Assembly: GCA_028278325.1 (NCBI GenBank)
Contig: JANQEO010000039.1
Coordinates: forward strand, 52,255 to 116,254
Direction of reading: 5' to 3'
DNA: 64,000 nt
Source: Candidatus Binatia bacterium
GTDB taxonomy: Bacteria; Desulfobacterota; Binatia; UBA1149; JAJCZL01
The position numbers and the translations under genes are program-made. Every line of letters starts with the position of its first letter. The first letter of the stretch is position 1. Shown here in pieces: positions 35,156 through 42,740 of the stretch. The notes under the pieces are model-generated. The model saw nothing but the letters and a program-made list of their open reading frames with translations. It searched no databases and was not told the DNA's origin.

Positions 35156-37195
35156 CTAGTACGGATACGGGCAGTTGACCGTGCCGTTGGCCAGGTACGG
35201 CGAACCGTCGGCACAAAGGCCGTCCGGACAGTCGCCGTCGTCGACGCAAGCCAGGCCGTTATTGGTGCCGCCTTGGCAGATGTCGACTTCAGGATACGGA
35301 TCGTCGTTGCATGATCCGCCCGGACAGTCGGCGTCGCCGTTGGTCGAGCAGTCCAACCCTGCATTCGTCCCGCCGTTACATGTCGCGATCGGGTTGCAGT
35401 TGCCGCTCGAGCAGATCACCGACGTCCACAGCGGATCGTCGTCGATCTGCTGCTGAATCCAGTCAGCGATTGTGATGCTCACGCCGGTCAGGTCCGTATA
35501 GACCTTGTCGCTGCCGAACATGCCGTGCTCGGACCCTGCGCCGACGTAAGTGGCGTAGTTGTCCCCGGTATTGGCAATCGTGTCCAGGTTCTGGGCCGCG
35601 CGGCCGGCATCCCAGCCACACTGCGACTCCCACCATTGCGGCCACACGCTGTTCAGGAAGCCCGCGGTGAACAACAGGTCACTGGGGTTGGGGTTCGGGT
35701 TGCTCATGACATGGAAGAAGGCCGCCTGGCCTCCGCCGCTGCCGTCGTAGCGACTCGCGAAGTTCGCGAAGTCATGCTCCGGGTAGGTGTTGGCCAGCGT
35801 CTCGTAACCTTTCGGTGTGATCTGAGTCTCTTCGAGTTTGATCTGCTGAACCAGCGGGTCTTCGGCGGCGGTGGCGTCGAAGTTCCAGTTGTCGAAGCTA
35901 TTGTCGAACCAATCCTGGGTGATCACGCCGTCGCCGGCATCGCCGAGCACGTCGAATTTTGATGCCGGGAATACGTTCTTGATCAGGAAGAAGCTGTTCA
36001 GCAACGCGCCGTAAGCTCCGGCGCTGGTGCCCGTCACATAGACCTGCTCGGGATTCACGAAGAGATCGCGTGCCAGTTTCTCCATGGCCTTGGCGTTGAT
36101 ACGGCCAAAGTGATTGACCCGGCCGTTGCCGGGTAGGCCGAGCGGGTTATCTAAGAGTCGTGTCGTTTGGCCCGTATGTACGTCGCCCGTGCAGTAGGGA
36201 ATGAAGACCACGTGCCAGTCGGCGAACGGGTTGGCCGGATTCGTGTAATCGGCGAATCCCGTCGTGTTGAAGGTCGGGTCGTCACCGGCGCCCGCGCTCT
36301 GCTTGAAGGTCTGGGCCAGATTGCAGGAGTCGCGGTTCCAGCAGGCGCCGCCGCCCTGATAATACATGAGCAGCTTGTTGACGCTGCCCTTGCGGTAAAA
36401 GCCCAAGTAAGTGCTTTCGGTGTTGAAGTCCCGCGAGCACTTGGTGTGCAAGACCTCACCTTCGTAGATCAGTTCCTCGGTCGGCGGATTCGGATTCGGG
36501 ATGTAAGTCGTGAAGCTGGCATCCGGCGTGTCCTGGACGCCGTGGGTGTCGTCCATGCTGCCGTCAGTGGCTGCCGCTACTGCGTCACGGATGTTCTGGT
36601 TGGTGACGGCCGGGCAGCCGGGCTTGCCGACCGTGGCCTTGTCGAAGCTCTTGTCGAACTTCTCGTCGGCTTTGTCTTGAATCTTGGTGCGCTTGGTGCC
36701 GGTGAGATCGGTGTCGTACTTCTTCAAGAAGAGAGCCTCGCCCTTGAGCATGCCGCCGCACAGTTTGGCCGCTGCGCCGAGAAGAGAAGACCTACATTTC
36801 TTCTCGTCGTCGTCGCCGGCCGGTACGCCGTCGAGGATCAACGTCTCGATGGCCGCAGTTTCAGTATCGAGCATCCCCTGGGTGGTGGCCAGAGGCGCCG
36901 GGCCGATCGTGCAGTCGACGTTCTTCTTTGCAGCCTTGTCGTCGGACTTATCGTAGGTCTTGTCGAGTTTGTCGCCGGCCTTGGAAAGCGAGTTGGCCAG
37001 TTTGGTGGCGTCGCCGGTTTTCTGGAACTTGCCCATGGCCTTGAGGACCGACTGGCAATACTTGGCCGCGCCCTTGAGCTTGCCAGATACGCAATCGCGC
37101 TGGGGATAACCTGCCTCGGCAGTGCCGACGCTTAGGGCCAAGAACGATGCGCCTACGAAAGTAGCGATCGCGAACAGTGCTGAACGACGAAACAT
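35156..37195 (-). CDS. secreted pectin-acetylesterase/Notum-like alpha/beta hydrolase with N-terminal Cys-framed helical domain and C-terminal mini Cys-knot repeats (paralogue 1)
   Basis: I chose ATG 37195, which has GGAGGAGG upstream and gives a signal peptide. The helical domain spans 36566..37111 (DCVSGKLKGAAKYCQSVLKAMGKFQK). PAE-family blocks are MYYQGGGACWNRDSCN, IPYCTGDVHTG, VTGTSAGAYG (GxSxG), VLGDAGDG and GAGSEHGMF. The C-terminus has CNGGTNAGLDCSTNGDADCPGGSC and CQGGTNNGLACVDDGDCPDGLC, and ends in VNCPYPY. Confidence 0.8.
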   Translation of the reverse strand: MFRRSALFAIATFVGASFLALSVGTAEAGYPQRDCVSGKLKGAAKYCQSVLKAMGKFQKTGDATKLANSLSKAGDKLDKTYDKSDDKAAKKNVDCTIGPAPLATTQGMLDTETAAIETLILDGVPAGDDDEKKCRSSLLGAAAKLCGGMLKGEALFLKKYDTDLTGTKRTKIQDKADEKFDKSFDKATVGKPGCPAVTNQNIRDAVAAATDGSMDDTHGVQDTPDASFTTYIPNPNPPTEELIYEGEVLHTKCSRDFNTESTYLGFYRKGSVNKLLMYYQGGGACWNRDSCNLAQTFKQSAGAGDDPTFNTTGFADYTNPANPFADWHVVFIPYCTGDVHTGQTTRLLDNPLGLPGNGRVNHFGRINAKAMEKLARDLFVNPEQVYVTGTSAGAYGALLNSFFLIKNVFPASKFDVLGDAGDGVITQDWFDNSFDNWNFDATAAEDPLVQQIKLEETQITPKGYETLANTYPEHDFANFASRYDGSGGGQAAFFHVMSNPNPNPSDLLFTAGFLNSVWPQWWESQCGWDAGRAAQNLDTIANTGDNYATYVGAGSEHGMFGSDKVYTDLTGVSITIADWIQQQIDDDPLWTSVICSSGNCNPIATCNGGTNAGLDCSTNGDADCPGGSCNDDPYPEVDICQGGTNNGLACVDDGDCPDGLCADGSPYLANGTVNCPYPY

Positions 37196-37264
37196 AGGAA
37201 CCTCCTCCAATCGGTCCGTGTGGTCGTGATGGACCGGCACCAGGGCCGGATAGTACCAACGCGT

Positions 37265-37294
37265 AGGCTAGGTTCCCGGACCCTCTCATGTCAA
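37265..37294 (-). promoter_or_regulatory. sigma70-like promoter candidate for esterase paralogue 1
   Basis: The minus strand reads TTGACA-N18-TAGCCT, about 70 nt upstream of ATG 37195. Confidence 0.45.
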
Positions 37295-37497
37295 GGGACA
37301 AATCCTTGAACGCACCGCGGCGTAAGCGTCTGCTCTACCCGTCTGGGGCCGGGTTGAGGTGAGTGGCCTGACCGACGGCTAAGCCGGCGGTGTCATGGAC
37401 GCGCCAACTGGGGACATCGCTGGTCGACGAGGAGAGCGCTGTTATCGCGCTCCCCCCGTCATTGTTGATGCTCAGGTGGGGGTGGACCCGCCGAACG

Positions 37498-39537
37498 CTA
37501 GTAGGGATACGGGCAGTTCACGGTGCCGCCGGGAAGGAACGGCGAGCCGTCGGCGCAAAGTCCGTCCGGACAACCGCTGTCATCCACGCAGGCCAACCCG
37601 TTGTTGGTGCCGCCCTGACAGGTGTCGACGATGGCGACAGGGTCTTCGGCGCAGGCCCCTCCCGGACAGTCGGCGTCACCGTTGGCCGAGCAATCTCCGC
37701 CGGCGTTGGTGCCGCCTTGACAGGTCGCGATCGGATCGCAACTGCCATCGGCGCAGATGCGTGACGTCCACGCGACATCGTCGTTCATCTGCTGGTTGAT
37801 CCAGTCGACGATGGTGATGCCTGTGCCGGTGGTGTCCGTGTAGACCCTGTCCAGACCGAACATCGTGTGGGCAGAGCCGGCACCGACGTAGACCTGGTAG
37901 TTGCCGTTCGTCGTGTTGGCCAGCGTCGCAATGTGCTGCGCCGCGCGTCCCGAGTCGTACCCGCAGGTATCCTCCCAGTACTGTGGCCATACGTTGGCCA
38001 GGAAGCCGGCAGTGAACAGCAGATCACTCGGATTCGGATTGGGGTTGAGCATCACGTGGTAGAACTGCGTGAAGACCTGATCGTAGCGGCCGATGAAAGT
38101 CGCGAAGTCGTGCTCCGGGTAGGTGTTGGCGAGATTCTCGAGCCCCTCTTGGAAGACCAGCACGCTTCCCTGGTCGACGTTTGCCAGAATCGGGCTCTCC
38201 GCGGCTGTGGCCGCGAAGTTCCAATTGGGCAAGCCGTTGTCGATCCAGTCTTGAGTGGGAACGCCGTCGCCGGCGTCGCTGAGCACGTCGAACTTGGATG
38301 CAGGGTAAGCGTCTTCTATCAGGAAGACGCTGTTGACTACGGCGCCCAGGCCGCCCGCGCTACTGCCGGTCACGTAGACGTGCTCGGGGTTCACGAACAG
38401 GTCGCGTGCCAACTTCTCCATGGCCTTGGCGTTGACGCGGCCGCGATGGTTGACGCGGTCATGAGCGGGAGGGCCGATGGGATTGTCATAGAGCTTGGTG
38501 GTATTGCCGACGTGGATGTCGCCGGTGCAGTAGGGCACGTACACGATGTGCCAGTCCTTCCAGGGGTTGAGTGGGTTGTCCCAATCGGCGAGCCCGACAG
38601 AGCCGGGGGTCGGGTCGTCGCCGACACCGGCCGTCTGCTTGAAGAGCTGGGCCAGGTTGCAGGAGTCACGGTTCCAGCAGGCGCCGCCGCCTTGGTAGTA
38701 CATGAGCAGTTTGTTGACGCTGCCCTTTCGGTAGAAGCCCAGGTAGGTGCTCTCCAGGCTCGAGTCGCGTGAGCACTTTGGGAACAGCTCTTCACTTTCA
38801 TACATCAACGGAACGAAAGGGTTCGGGGTCGGCACATAGCTTGTGAAGGAGGCGTCCGTGACGTCGACCACTCCGTGCGTGTCGTCCATGGTGCCGTCGG
38901 TTGCCAGCGCTACGGCATCACGGATGTCTTGATTCGTGACGGTCGGGCAGCCGGGCTTCCCGATCGTGGCCTTGTCAAAGACCTTGTCGAACTTCGTATC
39001 AGCCTTGTCTTGGATCTTGTCGCGCTTGGTGCCGAGAAGGTCGGTATCGTACTTCTTCAGGTACAGAGACTCACCCTTGAGGATGCCGCCGCACAGTTTG
39101 GCCGCTGCGCCCAGAAGCGAAGACCGGCACTTTTTCTCATCGTCGTTTCCGGCGGGGACGCCGTCGAGAATCAATGTCTCGATTGCAGTGGTTTCGGTGT
39201 CGAGCATGCCCTGGGTAGTTGCCAGAGGCGCCGGTCCCATCGTGCAATCGACGTCGCCCTTCAGGGCCTTGTCGTCGGCCTTATCGTAGGCCTTGTCGAG
39301 TTTGTCGCCGGCCTTGGAGAGCGAGTTGGCCAGCTTGGTTCCATCGCCGGTCTTCTGAAATTTGCCCATCGCTTTGAGGACCGACTGGCAGTACTTGGCC
39401 GCGCCTTTGAGCTTGCCCGATACGCAGTCGCGCTGGGGATAACCCGCCTCGGCCGTGCCGACGCTTAGGGTCAGGAGCGACGCGCCTACGAAAGTAGAAA
39501 TCGCGACTAGTGCTGAACGACGATGCAAGAGATGCAT
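37498..39537 (-). CDS. secreted pectin-acetylesterase/Notum-like alpha/beta hydrolase with the same N- and C-terminal modules (paralogue 2)
   Basis: I chose ATG 39537, which has GAGGAGG 9 nt upstream. Same architecture as 35156..37195. Some N-terminal stretches are identical (GYPQRDCVSGKLKGAAKYCQSVLKAMGKFQKTGD). The nucleophile motif is GSSAGGLG, and the protein ends in VNCPYPY. Confidence 0.8.
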   Translation of the reverse strand: MHLLHRRSALVAISTFVGASLLTLSVGTAEAGYPQRDCVSGKLKGAAKYCQSVLKAMGKFQKTGDGTKLANSLSKAGDKLDKAYDKADDKALKGDVDCTMGPAPLATTQGMLDTETTAIETLILDGVPAGNDDEKKCRSSLLGAAAKLCGGILKGESLYLKKYDTDLLGTKRDKIQDKADTKFDKVFDKATIGKPGCPTVTNQDIRDAVALATDGTMDDTHGVVDVTDASFTSYVPTPNPFVPLMYESEELFPKCSRDSSLESTYLGFYRKGSVNKLLMYYQGGGACWNRDSCNLAQLFKQTAGVGDDPTPGSVGLADWDNPLNPWKDWHIVYVPYCTGDIHVGNTTKLYDNPIGPPAHDRVNHRGRVNAKAMEKLARDLFVNPEHVYVTGSSAGGLGAVVNSVFLIEDAYPASKFDVLSDAGDGVPTQDWIDNGLPNWNFAATAAESPILANVDQGSVLVFQEGLENLANTYPEHDFATFIGRYDQVFTQFYHVMLNPNPNPSDLLFTAGFLANVWPQYWEDTCGYDSGRAAQHIATLANTTNGNYQVYVGAGSAHTMFGLDRVYTDTTGTGITIVDWINQQMNDDVAWTSRICADGSCDPIATCQGGTNAGGDCSANGDADCPGGACAEDPVAIVDTCQGGTNNGLACVDDSGCPDGLCADGSPFLPGGTVNCPYPY

Positions 39538-39605
39538 GTTGGGGGGCCTCCTCTTCATTGTGGGTAGCTAGGTTGTTCCGGCGAGCCGGGCCGGCCGGCG
39601 GCGCC

Positions 39606-39635
39606 ACGCTAGGTGCGGAAGTGGGGCGATGTCAA
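39606..39635 (-). promoter_or_regulatory. sigma70-like promoter candidate for esterase paralogue 2
   Basis: The minus strand reads TTGACA-N18-TAGCGT, about 70 nt upstream of ATG 39537. The geometry matches the paralogue 1 candidate. Confidence 0.45.
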
Positions 39636-39776
39636 GGAAGGACATTCAATCTCGCTGTGCGGCGCCGTGTTGCATGAAGGCAAGGGGCTAACTAGCATCC
39701 GTGTTTTGGTTGACCGCGGCGGCGAGTCTTCCCCACAAGGGGGTGGCGCGAGGGAAGGCCGTTTGGCGGGTATCAT

Positions 39777-39798
39777 GGTATTCTGAAGGTATTCTGAA
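39777..39798 (+). repeat. perfect tandem direct repeat GGTATTCTGAA x2 upstream of the SCP2/diiron operon
   Basis: Copies at 39777-39787 and 39788-39798 are identical. The repeat ends 24 nt before ATG 39823, and a TATCAT hexamer immediately precedes it (39771-39776). Confidence 0.7.
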
Positions 39799-39822
39799 GC
39801 GAACGGGTTTTCGGGGGCACCC

Positions 39823-40296
39823 ATGGCCGAGTTGACGTTTCCATCGATAGAGTTTTTCCGCGCCCTGCAATCGGCGATGGCCGAGCGAGAGGAAACGTTC
39901 CGGCGTCTAGGTTTCTTCGACACGACCTTCGGCGTACGCGTCACCGGCCCTTCCGGCGTCGAAGCGGAGTATGCGCTGGCTTTCGAAGTGTTCGAGTGCA
40001 CCGACGTGCGCGAGGCGACCGGCCTGACACCGGCTGACGTCGACTTCATCCTCGAAGCGGATGCGGGCGTGTGGGCCGACATGCTTTCCAACATCAAGGA
40101 GAAGGGCGGGGCCGACGTCGAGCACGGGATAAACACGCTCACGCACTTCGGCGATCGCATTAAAGTCATCTACGACGACCCCGATGCTCACGACAAGATG
40201 TTTCGGTTTGCCGAGAGCATTCAAGAGTTCTTCGACTTGGCCGCCGGGTTGGATTTCGATTTCGCGAGCGGAGAGGGGGCGAGGGCCAGCGCCTGA
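39823..40296 (+). CDS. small SCP2/sterol-carrier-like protein (tentative)
   Basis: 157-aa acidic protein. The pattern ..FRRLGFFDTTFGVRVTG..EADAGVWADMLS..GINTLTHFGDRIKV.. resembles SCP2-fold lipid-binding domains. The gene lies 18 nt upstream of the first diiron protein gene. Confidence 0.4.
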   Translation: MAELTFPSIEFFRALQSAMAEREETFRRLGFFDTTFGVRVTGPSGVEAEYALAFEVFECTDVREATGLTPADVDFILEADAGVWADMLSNIKEKGGADVEHGINTLTHFGDRIKVIYDDPDAHDKMFRFAESIQEFFDLAAGLDFDFASGEGARASA

Positions 40297-40314
40297 GGCC
40301 TCGGGAGCAGTTTC

Positions 40315-41445
40315 ATGAGCTATCTGAGCACTGTCGATTTTCTCGAAGACAAGGATTTCGTCGACCGCTACCAGTACACGATGCGCACCGGCGAGATGGA
40401 TCTCTCTTGGATGGACGCGGCCACCGAGAAGGTCGAATGCGAACCGCAGAACCCGCGGCGCGGACTCACCTTCCGTGATCTCGACCTCGGCAGTTACGGC
40501 TTCAGCGAGCTTCCCGAGATCGTTCGCGAGAACCGCAGCTTTGCACCGCGAGGCGCGGAGATCCCCGAGGGCTGTCCCGACGTACAGACCAATGTGAACC
40601 GCACCGCCGACGTATGGGCCTACAACGTCGAGGGCTACTACGAGGAGGCGATGAGCCGTCAGTGGAACGCCTCGACCGACATTCCGTGGACTGCCCTGCA
40701 GGAGCACAAGCTGCCCGAAGACATCGGCAAGGCCTACTCTCAGTTGCTCACCTTCCTTACGGAAGTCGAAATGATCGCCACCGACGTTCCCTGCAAGTGG
40801 ATGTCCTCGCTCAACGCCGACTTCTTCGAGGTGAAGAACTTCATCGCGACCCAGGCCATGGACGAGGCACGCCACGCCGAGATCTTCCGCAAGCGTGCTT
40901 TGAGCACGGGCTACGGGCTCATGCGTGCCAGCGTTCACAACGAGCACAATCTAAAGTTCCTGCGCGACGCCGACAGCTTCAGCGAAGCGTCATTGACTCT
41001 GCACCTTCAGGCCGAAGGCATGGTGCTCACGCTGTTCAGGTTCAGCGAGTTCATAAGCCCCACCGACGGCGACAAGAAACTCTTCCGCCTGGTCATGCAG
41101 GACGAAGCGCGCCATGTGGGCTACGGCATGCAGCATCTCAAATGGGTGCTCGAGCACAGCCCCGAGTCCCGTGAGGTGATCCATCGCCATCTCGACGAGG
41201 CCGAGAACTTCGTGTTCGGCGCCGTCTTTGCCCAGGAGGTGCTCGAGCCCTTCATCATCCTTTCGGGCAAGGGCATGAAGCGAGACAACATAAAGAAGGG
41301 CGTGGAGATCACCGCCAAGTTCAGCATTCAGCAGGTCGACGAATACTTCGAGCGTCTCGAGAAATGCGGGTTGCCCGAGCGGCGTGAGCGCAGCAAGCTC
41401 CATCAGGCCAACGAGTTGACCAAGGCCAACATGGCCTCGATGTAA
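40315..41445 (+). CDS. ferritin-like diiron-carboxylate protein, complete ligand set (putative oxygenase catalytic subunit)
   Basis: Four-helix-bundle ligand pattern: E150/E152 (LTFLTEVEM), then about 30 residues to DEARH (E184..H187), and E234 (LQAEG), then 30 residues to DEARH (E264..H267). This is the E-(~30)-ExxH x2 arrangement of diiron oxygenases. Confidence 0.65.
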   Translation: MSYLSTVDFLEDKDFVDRYQYTMRTGEMDLSWMDAATEKVECEPQNPRRGLTFRDLDLGSYGFSELPEIVRENRSFAPRGAEIPEGCPDVQTNVNRTADVWAYNVEGYYEEAMSRQWNASTDIPWTALQEHKLPEDIGKAYSQLLTFLTEVEMIATDVPCKWMSSLNADFFEVKNFIATQAMDEARHAEIFRKRALSTGYGLMRASVHNEHNLKFLRDADSFSEASLTLHLQAEGMVLTLFRFSEFISPTDGDKKLFRLVMQDEARHVGYGMQHLKWVLEHSPESREVIHRHLDEAENFVFGAVFAQEVLEPFIILSGKGMKRDNIKKGVEITAKFSIQQVDEYFERLEKCGLPERRERSKLHQANELTKANMASM

Positions 41446-41462
41446 CCGGACATAGCTGCTCG

Positions 41463-42551
41463 ATGGCCTACTACGCTGAAAAGGATTTCTTCCAGGACGA
41501 GGCGGCCATAGCCGCGGGGCAGGCCCTCGGCGAGGGCAAGCTGAGACTGGACTGGTACAACACCGACAACGAGCGTGTGGACTGCGCGCCGGCGAACGCC
41601 AAGCGCGGCCTCACCTACGAGGATTGCAATGTTGGGCGCTACGGCTACGACGCCATGCCCGAGGTATTACGCAACCGCTACTCCATGGCTGCGCGCGGCT
41701 CGGTGTTGGTCCCGGGTTTGCCCGACCTCGGCTACGTCGTGAACCGCAAGTCCGACGTCTGGTCGGACAACGTCAGCGAAATGTACGAGGAGGCCAAGGC
41801 GCGGCGTTGGGCGCCCGCCGTCGACATCGATTGGGCGGCTTTGCGTGCACTCGACCTTGCTCCCGAGTTGCAGGCCTCGGTCAGCCAGCTGTGCACGGCG
41901 CTGGAAGAAGTCGCGCTGGTATTGATGGAGTTCTCCGCTCACTGGGTGGCTCTGATCAACCAAGAGTTCCTGGAGCTGAAGAGCTATCTCTGCGCGGTGC
42001 TGATCGACGAGGCCCGCCATATAGAAGTGTTCCGCAAGCGTGCACTCACGGCCGGCGGCCTCAAGCGCGCAAGCGCGACGATCGAGCAGGCCATGAAGGA
42101 GCTCTTGAGTGCCGAGACCTACACCGAAGGTTCTTTGGTGCTCAACGTCATGATCAACAGTCTGTTGCTGGGTGTGTTCAGACAGGCCGCGCGCATTTCT
42201 ACCGCCGATGCACAGCTCTTCAGGCTTTGCATGCAGGACAGCGCCCGCGAGCTGCAATACGGAGTCGGACAGATCCGTTATCACCTCCAGCACCACAAAG
42301 GCCGCGAAGAGTTCTTCCAGGATTTTCTGGACCAGAGCGAGCACGCCTTCGTCGGCGTAGCGGCGAGCCCCGAGCTGCTTGAGCCGCTGATCGTTCTCGC
42401 CGGACGCGGAACTTCCAAGGCCCAGATCGACAGCGGTCGCGAAGAAGTCAGGCTCATGTTGCGCAGGTGCGTGGACGAATACCTGGAGCGCCTCGCCGGT
42501 GTGGGCCTCGACCGCCGCGAGCGCAGCCGCTTGCCGGGTTTCTTCTCTTAA
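41463..42551 (+). CDS. ferritin-like protein, paralogue of the preceding gene with degenerate second metal site
   Basis: Colinear with 40315..41445 (shared blocks RWAPAVDIDW / RQWNASTDIPW and DEARHIEVFRKRAL / DEARHAEIFRKRAL). In the second half, E to N (LNVMINS) and QDEARH to QDSARE remove three canonical ligands. Confidence 0.65.
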   Translation: MAYYAEKDFFQDEAAIAAGQALGEGKLRLDWYNTDNERVDCAPANAKRGLTYEDCNVGRYGYDAMPEVLRNRYSMAARGSVLVPGLPDLGYVVNRKSDVWSDNVSEMYEEAKARRWAPAVDIDWAALRALDLAPELQASVSQLCTALEEVALVLMEFSAHWVALINQEFLELKSYLCAVLIDEARHIEVFRKRALTAGGLKRASATIEQAMKELLSAETYTEGSLVLNVMINSLLLGVFRQAARISTADAQLFRLCMQDSARELQYGVGQIRYHLQHHKGREEFFQDFLDQSEHAFVGVAASPELLEPLIVLAGRGTSKAQIDSGREEVRLMLRRCVDEYLERLAGVGLDRRERSRLPGFFS

Positions 42552-42740
42552 TCGGCGGGCTTTCGCCCACCTGTTGTCCTAACCGCTGCTTTGTCGAGCG
42601 GCTGTTGTCCTAACCGGCGGGCTTGCGCCCGCCTGCTGTCCTAATCGACGCTCTGTCGAGCGGCTGTTGTCTTGACCGGCGGGCTTGCGCCCGCCTGTTG
42701 TCCTAAGCGCTGGCTGGCTAACCGGCGGTTCGGCGGTTTC
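42550..42740. repeat. tandem array of five 31-bp units (two alternating hairpin types, i.e. ~2.5 x 62 bp) plus a degenerate sixth, filling a convergent intergenic gap
   Basis: Units start at 42550, 42581, 42612, 42643 and 42674. Type A is aaYCGGCGGGCTTGCGCCCGCCTGYTGTCCT, a 7-bp GC stem with a 4-nt loop. Type B is aaYCGMYGCTYTGTCGAGCGGCTGTTGTCYT. All units share the tail CTGTTGTCCTAA. Confidence 0.85.

Noticed and set aside
42550-42740. Possible CRISPR array, because of regularly spaced ~31-bp units.
   Set aside because: The units abut one another with no unique spacers and alternate between only two sequence types. No cas genes or leader are nearby. I therefore describe it as a REP/BIME-like tandem palindrome array.
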